The notes under the pieces are model-generated. The model searched no databases and was not told where the DNA came from. It worked only from the letters and a program-made list of their open reading frames with translations. Shown piece after piece: positions 1-11,669 of a stretch of DNA of 64,000 nt. The stretch is from Tubiluchus corallicola. Its lineage: Eukaryota > Animalia > Priapulida. The translations under genes and the position numbers were made by a program. The stretch lies in NCBI GenBank assembly GCA_030141605.1, contig JAQGDQ010000386.1, positions 1-64,000 of the forward strand, in the 5' to 3' direction. Each line of letters starts with the position of its first letter. The stretch's first letter is position 1.

Positions 1-242
1 ACATATGCAATGTGTATATTATTGTTATGAAGGAAAGAAAAATAAAAAATATTGTTTGAATTTTAAATTTTAATAAATAAGGGAAAGTTGTTCAATGGCA
101 TGACACTAATATAAGAGATATTAATATTGAAAAGTCAGAAGAATTCTGTTTTAATACTAATAATAGTAATATAAATTGCAAATCAGAATTTTCTTTCGGA
201 TAAATTTTGTGGCCCTGAAAAGGGCCGGTTGGTTATATTTAA

Positions 243-463
243 GGTTCTCGATGATTCATATGAAGTTCAATTGAAGAAATTGTACACGCAGTTGGATCCG
301 CGTCATGTTCGGAAGCAGAAGTGGTTCTCGATGATTCATATGAAGTTCAATTTAAGAAATTGTACACGCAGTTGGATCCGCGTCATGTTCGGAAGCAGAA
401 GTGGTTCTCGATGATTCATATGAAGTTCAATTGAAGAAATTGTACACGCAGTTGGATCCGCGT
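243..463. repeat. 80-bp tandem repeat, ~2.8 copies (mirror at 3082-3302)
   Basis: GGTTCTCGATGATTCATATG recurs at 243, 323, 403; overlaps the stop codon of the Q-rich ORF. Confidence 0.92.
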
Positions 464-1158
464 CGTCTGTTGTTGTATGGGCGTTGTCTATAACGTTGTC
501 TGTTATGCCTGGGATGTATATGTTGTTGCTGTTGTGGTAATTGTTGCTGTTGTTGTAATAGTTGTTGCTGTTGTGGTAATTGTTGCTGTTGTTGTAATAG
601 TTGTTGCTGTTGTTGTAATTGTTGTTGTTGCTGTTGTTGTATGCGTGAAATGCGTTCAAGTTGGGTTTGCACATGGGCCATGAATTGTTCAAGAATTTGT
701 TGTTGGTGCTGTTGTTGATTTTCCTGTTCCTGTCCTTGTTCTTGTTCGTGTCGTTGTTCTTGTTCGTGTCTTTGTTCTTGTTCGTGTCTTTGTTCTTGTT
801 CGTGTCTTTGTTCTTGTTCGTGTCCTTGTTCTTGTTCGTGTCCTTGTTCCTGTTCGTTTGGATTCAACTGCAATTTCTCCATTTTCTGTAACATAGACAT
901 ATTTTTGTTAAAAAAACAAAGATTTTTCAAACAATATGGAAAATTATTCTTCATTTCATTTTTTGCATAACATAACATGTATGAAACCAAACATGTTATT
1001 CAGAAAACTTTAGACTTAAATAGTTTTAGATATTTTGATAATAAATGCTAATGTAAATTAATATAAGAGAAATTTATTACCTTGGAAATATTGCTTTTTC
1101 CTCCGAAGACAAGACAAAGAATGCCAAAAAATAGTACTAATGCCAGTGTAAAACGCAT
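427..1158 (-). CDS. Putative two-exon secreted Gln/Glu-rich protein (exons 1081-1158, 427-885), copy A
   Basis: Mirror copy of 2387-3118 in the left arm of the palindrome. Confidence 0.55.
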
Positions 1159-2344
1159 CTTGAAGAAGTGCTGAAATTTTGGCGGCTACAGATTTTTATA
1201 GCTACCCAGGGATTAAGACGACTGAATTGTTACACGGACGTTAACGTACATGCTTAATTGTTCTCGTTACGCGGTCGTTACAGTACACGTCGCGTTTCAG
1301 ATATTGAGCAGCGGAAATTTTTATAGTGTGTACTCCAACGCGAGTGTGAAATATGTCACTTTCAATCCGAATGTGTACTTTAACGGCAGTGTAATGTGGT
1401 TCAATGCTAATCCGTTGAATTGTAAAAAGACACGACGTTGTTAATAAGAAATTTCCAACTGATGTAATTAAAACAGAATTTAAAGAAATTAAGACTGCGG
1501 GCCTTACAATAGCTGTGTTTAAACTTTAAATTTCTAAGTTTCGTACGCTTGAGAATCGAACATCGTAAGACGTAGCCTATAAGCCTATAATTGTACTGCC
1601 GCCTGAACAACCATGGATGTTTAATAAATTCGAAGCCGCCGCAGCCTGCCTCAGAGGTTTACCGCTTTGGTAGTACAGCTGAGCAGAATCGGTACCAGAT
1701 GTAATATCAAGCACTTAATGATTTTAATGAAAAGCAGTAAAATAGAGGGCAGTGTTTCGAGATAGTTATGATTTTGCTAACTAAGAGTTTTATAGTTCAC
1801 ATTTAATATTTTAGTATACAAGTTTATATTGCACAATGTTTTTCATACCACGTAAAGTATATCGCTTAATATTGTAAATCTTCTCACATAACTAATTGTT
1901 AACTTAACTAATTTGTACTACAAACTAAAAAAAATTATATAGGGCTAATTACAATTATAGGCTTATAGGCTACGTCTTACGATGTTCGATTCTCAAGCGT
2001 ACGAAACTTAGAAATTTAAAGTTTAAACACAGCTATTGTAAGGCCCGCAGTCTTAATTTCTTTAAATTCTGTTTTAATTACATCAGTTGGAAATTTCTTA
2101 TTAACAACGTCGTGTCTTTTTACAATTCAACGGATTAGCATTGAACCACATTACACTGCCGTTAAAGTACACATTCGGATTGAAAGTGACATATTTCACA
2201 CTCGCGTTGGAGTACACACTATAAAAATTTCCGCTGCTCAATATCTGAAACGCGACGTGTACTGTAACGACCGCGTAACGAGAACAATTAAGCATGTACG
2301 TTAACGTCCGTGTAACAATTCAGTCGTCTTAATCCCTGGGTAGC

Positions 2345-2376
2345 TATAAAAATCTGTAGCCGCCAAAATTTCAGCA
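2345..2376 (+). promoter_or_regulatory. TATA box plus initiator-like element (mirror copy at ~1169-1200, minus)
   Basis: GCTATAAAAA followed ~26 nt later by TTCAGCA, 11-16 nt upstream of an ATG opening a signal peptide. Confidence 0.5.
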
Positions 2377-2386
2377 CTTCTTCAAG

Positions 2387-3118
2387 ATGCGTTTTACACT
2401 GGCATTAGTACTATTTTTTGGCATTCTTTGTCTTGTCTTCGGAGGAAAAAGCAATATTTCCAAGGTAATAAATTTCTCTTATATTAATTTACATTAGCAT
2501 TTATTATCAAAATATCTAAAACTATTTAAGTCTAAAGTTTTCTGAATAACATGTTTGGTTTCATACATGTTATGTTATGCAAAAAATGAAATGAAGAATA
2601 ATTTTCCATATTGTTTGAAAAATCTTTGTTTTTTTAACAAAAATATGTCTATGTTACAGAAAATGGAGAAATTGCAGTTGAATCCAAACGAACAGGAACA
2701 AGGACACGAACAAGAACAAGGACACGAACAAGAACAAAGACACGAACAAGAACAAAGACACGAACAAGAACAAAGACACGAACAAGAACAACGACACGAA
2801 CAAGAACAAGGACAGGAACAGGAAAATCAACAACAGCACCAACAACAAATTCTTGAACAATTCATGGCCCATGTGCAAACCCAACTTGAACGCATTTCAC
2901 GCATACAACAACAGCAACAACAACAATTACAACAACAGCAACAACTATTACAACAACAGCAACAATTACCACAACAGCAACAACTATTACAACAACAGCA
3001 ACAATTACCACAACAGCAACAACATATACATCCCAGGCATAACAGACAACGTTATAGACAACGCCCATACAACAACAGACGACGCGGATCCAACTGCGTG
3101 TACAATTTCTTCAATTGA
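2387..3118 (+). CDS. Putative two-exon secreted Gln/Glu-rich protein (exons 2387-2464, 2660-3118), copy B
   Basis: TATAAAAA at 2345, TCAG initiator-like site at 2371, ATG 2387, signal-peptide-like MRFTLALVLFFGILCLVFG-GKSNISK, donor AG|GTAATA, acceptor TTACAG at 2659 in phase with (EQEQ[G/R]H)n - polyQ - Arg-rich tail; AATAAA at 3562. Confidence 0.6.
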
Positions 3119-4388
3119 ACTTCATATGAATCATCGAGAACCACTTCTGCTTCCGAACATGACGCGGATCCAACTGCGTGTACAATTTCTTCAATTGAAC
3201 TTCATATGAATCATCGAGAACCACTTCTGCTTCCGAACATGACGCGGATCCAACTGCGTGTACAATTTCTTCAATTGAACTTCATATGAATCATCGAGAA
3301 CCTTAAATATAACCAACCGGCCCTTTTCAGGGCCACAAAATTTATCCGAAAGAAAATTCTGATTTGCAATTTATATTACTATTATTAGTATTAAAATTAT
3401 TAGTATTAAAACAGAATTCTTCTGACTTTTCAATATTAATATCTCTTATATTAGTGTCATGCCATTGAACAACTTTCCCTTATTTATTAAAATTTAAAAT
3501 TCAAACAATATTTTTTATTTTTCTTTCCTTCATAACAATAATATACACATTGCATATGTCAAATAAAACTTAGTTTTAACCGTTTAGTGGTTAATATTCA
3601 ATCAAATAATATCGTTTTGAACGTATTGGCCATTATTTGCCTCTATATACTGTAAGCTGAGAACTCATACAAAAGTTATATAATTTGTACTTTAATAATA
3701 TTGTGGATAATGAGCCGAAACGCAGTACGGCTTTGATTTGGTGCGAAAAACAACAAAATAGTAACTGCGAAAAATGATAATAATTAACAAACAATAAGTG
3801 GTGCTTAACAAGTAAGCAAATGAGTTGAGAAAAACGACTGTAGATTTAGTATTACGCATTTAAAATTAAAGTGAAGACATACTATTGCTGGTTTTCAAAA
3901 TATTATACTTAATGCAAACTTATTTTATTTTCTCTCGATTGCTGTGAAAATAATAACAATGTGGGCTTAATGTTTAAACCGTTACAATAAGTTCGTCTAT
4001 GTACATCTTTAGTGCTGCCCATTACTATCAAATTACAATAGAAATAAGTTTAACATACACACAGTGGGTTTGATGGAAATCACTTATAAACGCGGTTAAT
4101 ATAATAATATATAAATATTGGCTATAAAAATGAACAGAAAAAATTTACTGTGTGAAAGTTTTTTCGCATTTTTATCGAAGTTTTTATCCATTCATAGAGA
4201 CTGTGAACGACATCAGTACGAAGCATGAGTGGTCACATTTGGAAAATAAGTTTATATTCAATTATGATCACACAATCCTGACAAGAAGTGGTATAAATCA
4301 TACGATAAGATCTTTTCGCAATTACGACATTTTCGCACTCCCACTGCAAAACAGGATTAGCCTTGCAACGCTGCCCTTAGAGTACACA

Positions 4389-5095
4389 CTAGGGTTCTAA
4401 TTGTGATATATTTCGCACTCGCAGGCAGCTTTTTGCTGAATTAAACTTATAGACAGAATACAATGGATGACGTCACAACAATGCCTTTGCGTCAACAGTT
4501 TTCTAAGCGAAAATTGTCGAAAATAAAACATCCAATTAACTCGTCGGTACTCCTCTCGGTGGACCAGCCCTAACATATAGTCCACATCATCGTGTAGCCC
4601 TGTCCTTCCTCTTTGTAAAGAGCCGTATATCTCCTTCCGAGAGTCCCACTGGGCGCCGCTAGAACGTTTTTCCCGCAGGCTGTTTGGCCAAAATTTCGAA
4701 AAAATCGCGAGTTGGGTCCGGGAAAACGCCCGTTGCGGGACGCCGTGGCCCTCTCGCGAATTCTAAATAGGCCTATGACACCCATCGCTGAACTGGCTAT
4801 CTATCCATACCCAGTACCCCCCTCGGCCCATTCCCGTTCTCTACATCTCAGCCGTATAACTTTTGCAAAAAGCGGCCGAAAAAGGGCCATTTTTGGAGGT
4901 TTTTCGCCCCCCGTTCCTCCCGGTGGGCCCCATTCGAAAAATAAACCATCAATGAGACGACACTAGATCGAGACCTTTCGTTTGATGTATAGATCGCCGC
5001 AAATGGTGCCCTCGTCCGGGCTGTAGCCTCGAATCTTATATATATATAAATAAATAAATATATATATATACCAAGAATATTAATATAATAGTAGA
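4389..5095 (-). mobile_element. Non-autonomous Helitron (707 bp)
   Basis: Minus strand begins A|TCTACTTATATATTAAT (5'-TC) and ends CTAG|T at 4389, with a degenerate palindrome TGTGATATATTTCGCA ~9 nt inside the end; A^T target, no TSD; segments 4421-4645 and 4983-5050 recur at 62340-62593 and 62104-62170. Confidence 0.68.
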
Positions 5096-5716
5096 TAATG
5101 ACTAAAAATATCACTATAAGTTATTGTAAATGTATTGCATATCAGATTTATTGATGTTATAATCGTAATAGTTGTCAACTGTTGTCAAATTTTATTAATG
5201 TTTATTGGATATCACAATTCATAGAAATTCTATAACGTGTTTGTTCATTAAACTGGAATGCATTCATTATTATTCATATTGCTTATGGTAATATATTTCA
5301 GCAACATATATATATTTTCAGTAATATAAGGTCAGCAACTTACAATGATGCTCTTATCCAATTCATCCCTTTCATCCTCCCTTATTTATATAGAGACACA
5401 ATAAACAGATACAGTGCAATACTTATTGTATTTTATCTGTTGCATCAAGGTTGATGTTCAGAAACTCCACAAAAGTTGACAGAGTTGCTGAACTTGGCAT
5501 GCAGTTTGCCCATTCCTAAATATGAGAACTACCGTAGTAATTGACGCACTAATGCAGTAATTTCATACGCTGACTTATATGTTTAAAACAGTAACAAAAA
5601 TATAATTACATATAAACTAGACATAGATTAAGCTAAGTGCTTCATTAGTCTTCAAAAGTTTTCTTAATTCCTTTATATGAAATGCATCTATTTTTTTCAG
5701 TCTTATATATCAGATG

Positions 5717-6073
5717 TTATTTTCCATGTTTTACTTTTGAGTGTCTTTTTACACCGGGTAAGGTATTAAATAGTCTCCCACGGTGTTCGCACAGAAATAG
5801 TTTTATATTCTCAATTTGAATAATATGCTGATTCTGCTTCTCTTTGTGGACTCTTAATCCGCTAATCGTCGTTAACGTATGCCCACATATCTCACACAGG
5901 TACTGTTTTTTGTCTTGGAAATGCGAAATGGTAATGTGCCGCCTGAGTGCACTAAAACTTTTAAACAGGCGACAGTATTTATCGCACCTAACGACCTCCA
6001 GTTTTCGCAAAACCACTCTACTGTTAAAAATACAGCAATCTGTAAAGTGACCAACTGTGCAGTATATTCGCAT
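5717..6073 (-). pseudogene. Intronless triple C2H2 zinc-finger ORF, partly degenerate
   Basis: CDKYC..F..FSALRRHITISH; CEICGHTLTTISGLRVHKEKQ; CEHRGRLFNTLPGVKRHSKVKH (some ligands lost). Confidence 0.6.
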
Positions 6074-7434
6074 TTAGTCAAGGGGGCAGGTGCGTGTTAA
6101 AAAATTTTTGTCCTTTTATTCATATGTTCATTTTCGGCATCGATCTAACTACGATGCCGCTAGCGAAAAACTCACTAGAGGGAAGCACGCATGTTTGACC
6201 GTGATGTAGTACGGGAAACTCGTACGTAAATGAGAAGAAATACTGACGGCCTTGAACGAGGAGATATCTGATACAGATTTTGAAATAGAACTGTCTGGCA
6301 GAACGTCTTTCATGATAGTAAACTCCACTCCACTCTTCATCTTTCCTGCAAAACATTTCGAGATGGATCGGGAGGCCATGCAGGCACTGTTGGAATCGGA
6401 ATTGATTGACAGGATGATTATAGCCTTGAAATAGCCTATACACTACTGGGCGAAGGAGAAGGCAAAGTACCAGCGCCAGCGCCATCCCGGCGCCATATTT
6501 CTGTGTAGGCACACCTACGTGTTGATCAGCAAATGGGCATTGCATCCCAGCATAGGCCTCAGACGGGCAGTTGAAAGACTGAAGAGGAAAGACGAGGACT
6601 GCGGTGCCGGCACCACACTCATTCCGACTTAACCCGGCATCAACCTCCATCTGGAAGAATATGAAAAACTGCAGGGGGAGATAGACAAAATAGTCAACAA
6701 CGAAGAATACTACGAATGTCTGTTGTCGCCACGGCGTAGAATGACACTTTGTCAGGTTTCCTCTGCATCGAGGGAGTGTCCGTTAGAGATGAAATCTGCT
6801 AAATGGACAGTGTGTCATCATCAGTAGAATGGGATGCAGAATGTTGAAAGGAGCAGAGACGAGAAGACAGGTTCGCGAGGAACTGGACAAACTGGATGGA
6901 AGGAAGTCTGCCAGCAATGTCATCAGTGCCTCTGCCCCTCCGAGTGAAAGCAGACGCGAGAGAGGGACACAAATGGACATCTTTCGAGTGGAGGAGGAGG
7001 AGAAAGATGAAGAAGACAAACTCGTAGTTTCGATGATGCCCCCTCCATCACCACCGATGGTGGTGACCCCACTGCACCCTCTGCCCCCAAAAACCTAGAA
7101 ATGTGAAAGAATGGCTCATCAAGTAACTAGTTGTTCTTAGTGAACAACAACAACAACAACAACAATACTATAACTATTGTTCTTCTTCTCTTACAGGATT
7201 ATAAACAACCACTGTAGGGTTTCAAACAACATCTAACCACCATTCCTCGCAAGCAACATCCGGCGACGCGTGGTGGCAAGCGTGCCAACGCATGTAAGAG
7301 TGCCCTTAGCAGGGTCATAAAAATACACCCTCGAAAAAATCAAGTCTCTGGAATTTGTGAACAATCACAAGTAAATCGTCATCGAAGGAAAACTCGTTCC
7401 TGACATCGTAGAAGGACTCCCCCCACCATCGCAG

Positions 7435-7896
7435 ATGTCTGAATCTAACATAGTTCTCACCATAGATGCCTTCCAGTGTGGAAAAGAATACCTGGTCAAA
7501 AATTTGGTAATTCGTGAAATAGAGACCGATATATATCACAACTACGCCTTCAAACCGCCCCACCCCTGGAATCGTGTTCCCCAGCACATGCGATCCACCT
7601 ACAACTACCTAACCAGACACGTACACGGCATCTCGTGGGAGGGAATGATCGAGTACGCAGAATTGGAAAACATTCTACGACAGACCACAAGAGGCAGGAT
7701 CACCTAGGTCAAGGGAGCATAGATGTACGATTTCGTCAAAAAACATCTTCCCAAAAATCGCTTAATCATACGCGTAGAGGATCTGGAAAGCGAACGCGCA
7801 CCACCCGCCATACGCTGGCAAAGCAATGGACGAGGCAGAACAATTCGGGCATCCGAAACGATTGCCAACTACATTCTAACCTCATTCACAGCCTAG
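7435..7896 (+). pseudogene. Maverick/Polinton-type DEDD exonuclease-like ORF with two in-frame stops
   Basis: IVLTIDAFQCGKEYLVKNL..FKPPHPW..YNYLTRHVHGISWEG.IEY.EL..IL; frame continues past TAG 7705 and 7720 as *VKGA*MYDFVKKHL..VEDLE; resembles (from memory) the FKPP..W / HGL.W / YVKG ORF family of Mavericks. Confidence 0.62.
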
Positions 7897-9183
7897 TTTT
7901 ACCTGTGTGACTATATAGTTGTCGACCTATTTTTACTGCTGAATGGTCGAGCAGGATAGCCATAATTTTGGTTGTCCTAGCACGTTTAACTAGAGTGAAG
8001 TCTTCTGGTGAAACAGTCACAATATTCTCTTGGTCAGCAGTGAGTAAAGAGTTACCATTGCACACAGATTCACGGATTAGGAACGCTGTGACGTTTACAA
8101 GCAGACAGTGCTTTCTAGAAGAGACACGGTTATTTCTGGCAACGTATCTGTCAATGCAGCACTGCTAAGGCTATGAACTTGTTCATTACGTTTGTAGCTA
8201 CTTGTTGCGAGCCTGACAATAAGGTGATGGACATAGAAGCATTAGAATGCTTACAGCATTGGACTTCTACACTGCAGCACTTCAATCCGCAACTGTCATT
8301 CAGCTAGTGACGAGACCACTCATGATGCAGGTTGAGGATTCCGCGTTGAATGCTAGCATGTACGGAGTGGCCCAGAAGTTAGGCTACTAGGTACCTCTCT
8401 TAATCAGTCAAGAATAATACTGCCAGTGCTTAAAACGTGCCCTTAGCGCAGGTGTTTACGTTATGTAGCAAACCTTGACTTTGAGTGTTTTGTATGTTGC
8501 CTTTTTTGATGCAGCAGAATGTTGTAGTACATTTTGAAGTTTTTGTGCGTCATTATACTGTGAGTATTACGATAGTAAAACAGTTTTAACTATTCAGTTA
8601 TTGAATCAATTGCGATGAAGATTCAATGTTTCATTTTGTTTAATAACCACTATGCTGTTTTGTTCAATTATTATTTTATTTAATAACACTTATGCTGTGG
8701 TGATCTGTTTAAAATTGCTGATCTCACCAACACGAAATATAACATACTGCTCAGTAGCGACCCCCCCCACCCCACCCCCAAACACTACTTAGACCATAGC
8801 CACTGTCTGAGGTAGGATAGCTGGTTACATTTAATTAGTGGTTGAGCTTGGCCCTGGAAGATAACCAACTGTAACCAGTGCACTCAGCACCTACCAACGA
8901 CTAGCTAAGTCTGTCTTCTCTAGGTCATAACTGAAATCACAAGAAATCTTTCTAGATGCAAATAACTATTGACAGTTGATTGAGTAACGTATGATGTAAT
9001 CTGCAAATTACTTTTGCTCAAGATTGGCAACCCTTGAATTTGTGGCTTCACAATTTCGATTTTTGTCTCTTAGGCAGAAAATTTTCGGTTTTTTGTGAGT
9101 AATACAATTCTTGTGTTCATCAGCATGGCTGAATCGCACTAACTCATGAAATTCATTTTCAATGTATATTTGATTTTTTTCAG

Positions 9184-11669
9184 TTCTTGACGATTGCTCA
9201 CCTTTTTCTTGCAAGAATGGAGGATCATGCATAAATGGCTTGAACTCGTTTGCTTGTCATTGTCCAATTGGATATACTGGAGACTATTGTGAACATGGTA
9301 TCTGCATTTTTTTTGAAAAAAAAAATTTAAGTGATGTCTTTCTTACATTGTAAGGCATGTTTGCCCAATCCTTGTGCTATAGAGTGCAAAATATTTATTG
9401 CTTTTTTTCATTTTTCAGTACAATTATTTTCATTACAGTGTAACTGCTGTCAACTAATATTGCACAGTCTGCTGTTTGCGAATGTTCTCCCTAAGGAGAA
9501 ATCAAAATAAGTCTTTTTGGGTTCAAATGACTTTTGATAATAAATGATATCCATAACTTGCTTAAATTTGTTATTCAAAAAAGAGAATAATAACTCTTTG
9601 TGGACTTTTAGGCATATCTTTTCACCCATGAAGTGTAGACAGTCCATAAGCTGTCGTAGACACTAAACATGGTTTTAAAATATTACCAGTGGTATGATAT
9701 GGAAAACACGCTTGGTCTTCTAACCTTTTGTAATGGCTTGGCTCATGCCTGAAACATGTGACTGTCACAGTCTGTCAATTTGCGAGGAAATTTATGTGTA
9801 CTGTTCACACTACTTGCTAACGATTATCATTTGTTGTGCTGTAATCTGCAAACTGATAATGTCTTATTTTGTGGAACAACGACTGTGGTTTGATGGAATC
9901 ATTCTTGATTATCCTAAAACGTAAAAAGTAGAAACTCTTATGTTTCTTGTGTTTATGGGCACCGTTGAACTGCACTAATTCATAAAATTATGAATTATTA
10001 TTGCCTCTATTGCCTTTTTTCATGTTTTAAAACACTTGTTGTCTTAGCATTGCACAGGTCTGTCATTTGCAAACATTTTCCCTGAAAAGCACGAATTACT
10101 AAGCAATCTTTCTGCGTTCGAATGATCATCGACAGTTGATGGACGTTTTCTGCAAATTACTATTGCTGAAGATCGGTAGCCTTTGAATTCGTGTTCTCCC
10201 AGTTTCGATGTTTGTCTCTTAAGCAGAAAATTTTCCTCCATGCACATTTTGCCATTCACTAAGCTTTGACACAACCTAACTATTAAATAAATTGTCACCT
10301 AGCTTTAAAAATGTAGGAGAAGATACAGCATGAAGCAAAAACAATTAGATCCCATTTCTGTCACCATTGCATGAATCTAGCAAGTCACAAATAAACATAT
10401 ACTCCGCTTGAGAGTTCTAACTTAAATTGTAACTGAGAATTCTAAATTAATGCTTGTTTAATTTTAAATTCTTTATAGTTTCTGCAGCTTGTAGTCTGTA
10501 ATATGACAGTTGCATGCGATGAAAAAATTATGATCTGTACCAGAACGTTTGCCATTTCCTGCTTTTCAACATTTCAGCTAATATTTAATAATAATAGTAT
10601 AGAATTGCAAAATATTTTATCTAAGAGAGCCACACTGTATTATGCACACACCCAAGACTCACTCAAGAACTGAAGTGCCTTCTCAAATTGACCAAAATGG
10701 ACTTATCATCATTACGCATGAGATCCTGATTATAAATTATATTTTTTTTATAAGAAAATTTAGCATACAACAATCTAGAGCTCCACTCAATATTTTCTCA
10801 AGCAACCAGAATCTGGATCTCTAGACATTTCTCAAACGTAATCCACTAAAGCAACATTCTTATCATTACCATTACTCTAAAAGGTAGACAGTAGTGTTTT
10901 ATTTAAAAAAGGCAATTTTCTTGTTTTTTAGATACGAAAGTATGTATTTTGTTAAATACCTGTGCTTAAGAAGTGCAAAACGCTTATTGTCTTCTTTCAA
11001 GTATTATCTTAGTGGTGGACAGGTTTTCTGTTTGCAAATGTTTTCTGTGTGAAGCACAAATGGCTTAAAATGTTTCTGGGCTCAAATGATGCCTGCAAAT
11101 GCAAATACAAATAATTGTAATTTAGGTAAAATGCCACTTAATTTTTTGTGATGTCACAATGAAAGTTCTCTTAGAAGTTCCAAAACGATGTGATAACTTT
11201 TTTGATCCCTTGAGAACTTGTGATACATTTTTTGAAAGTAACCATGCCCAACATTCTCTAGCAAATCAAGTTAGTGCTGTGATCAGCCCGTAAAATGCTA
11301 ACTTGACACATAAGAGTATTTTTAAGTTATTTTAGCAAGATCCAAAAGTGACAAGAGTTTAATAACTTATTTATACAACGTGCATTAACATTTTCTTTTT
11401 TTATCATTCCTATTATAATTTAAATAAAATATAAGTAAAAAAACCTTCAAACTTTGATACTACATATAATGATCGTTTATAACCTCAAATGATATTTCTT
11501 GTTGATATTCTTATGCATTCTTTTTTCAGAAACCAGATTTAGAGAAGGAAATTTCTATGCCGCTGTATTTAACTCTGCATCTGACAGAGCTCCAGTTCAT
11601 GTCACAACAATGATCCATATCATTATGGTGTTCTCAACAATTCGTGCAAGTCTTTTAATAATTCACTGA
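9184..11669 (+). CDS. 3' end of a plus-strand EGF-domain, probably GPI-anchored protein gene (exons 9184-9297, 11530-11669)
   Basis: 114-bp phase 1-1 exon LDDCSPFSCKNGGSCINGLNSFACHCPIGYTGDYCEH with TTTTTTCAG/GT borders; phase-1 terminal exon ETRFREGNFYAAVFNSASDRAPVHVTTMIHIIMVFSTIRASLLIIH*; AATAAA at ~11813. Confidence 0.68.

Larger units (their letters stand above)
1..3559. repeat. Large inverted repeat: arms 1-1595 and 1950-3559, 354-bp spacer (left arm cut by window edge)
   Basis: Mirror coordinates sum to 3545 (e.g. ORFs 427-990 and 2555-3118). The arms differ visibly only by one substitution near 353 and a 15-bp tandem duplication at ~3381-3410. Confidence 0.95.
5340..7896. mobile_element. 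Decayed Polinton/Maverick (adintovirus-like) accessory gene cluster
   Basis: Tightly packed, mostly intronless, stop-interrupted ORFs on both strands; 6.1-7.9 kb is GC-richer than the flanks; includes a C2H2 ORF and a Maverick-type exonuclease-like ORF. No TIR, polB, integrase or capsid gene seen. Confidence 0.55.

Noticed and set aside
243-463. Regular repeats as a CRISPR array (also 18762-18936, 54199-54433)
   Set aside because: Units are contiguous with no unique spacers, there are no cas genes, and the context is eukaryotic
336-891. Poly-N, poly-V and FLFVSL ORFs (336-692, 477-683, 661-891 and mirrors)
   Set aside because: Alternative frames and antisense readings of the CAA-rich repeat; only the Q/E frame connects to a promoter and signal exon
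2555-2659. ORF-track N-terminus MVSYMLCYAK of the 187-aa ORF
   Set aside because: Starts at TTG in AT-rich sequence that reads as intron; better explained by the acceptor at 2659
6120-6650. 176-aa minus-strand ORF
   Set aside because: No recognisable motif; likely the antisense shadow of broken plus-strand viral-like ORFs
8755-8920. Possible reverse SINE fragment; also TE-like patches at ~12540-12800, 19950-20400 and 32690-32880
   Set aside because: Resemblance is only impressionistic; no termini, TSD or second copy could be verified in the window
2387-9297. Splicing the signal-peptide exon (2387-2464) to the plus-strand EGF exon
   Set aside because: Phase mismatch: donor is phase 0 and the EGF exon is phase 1
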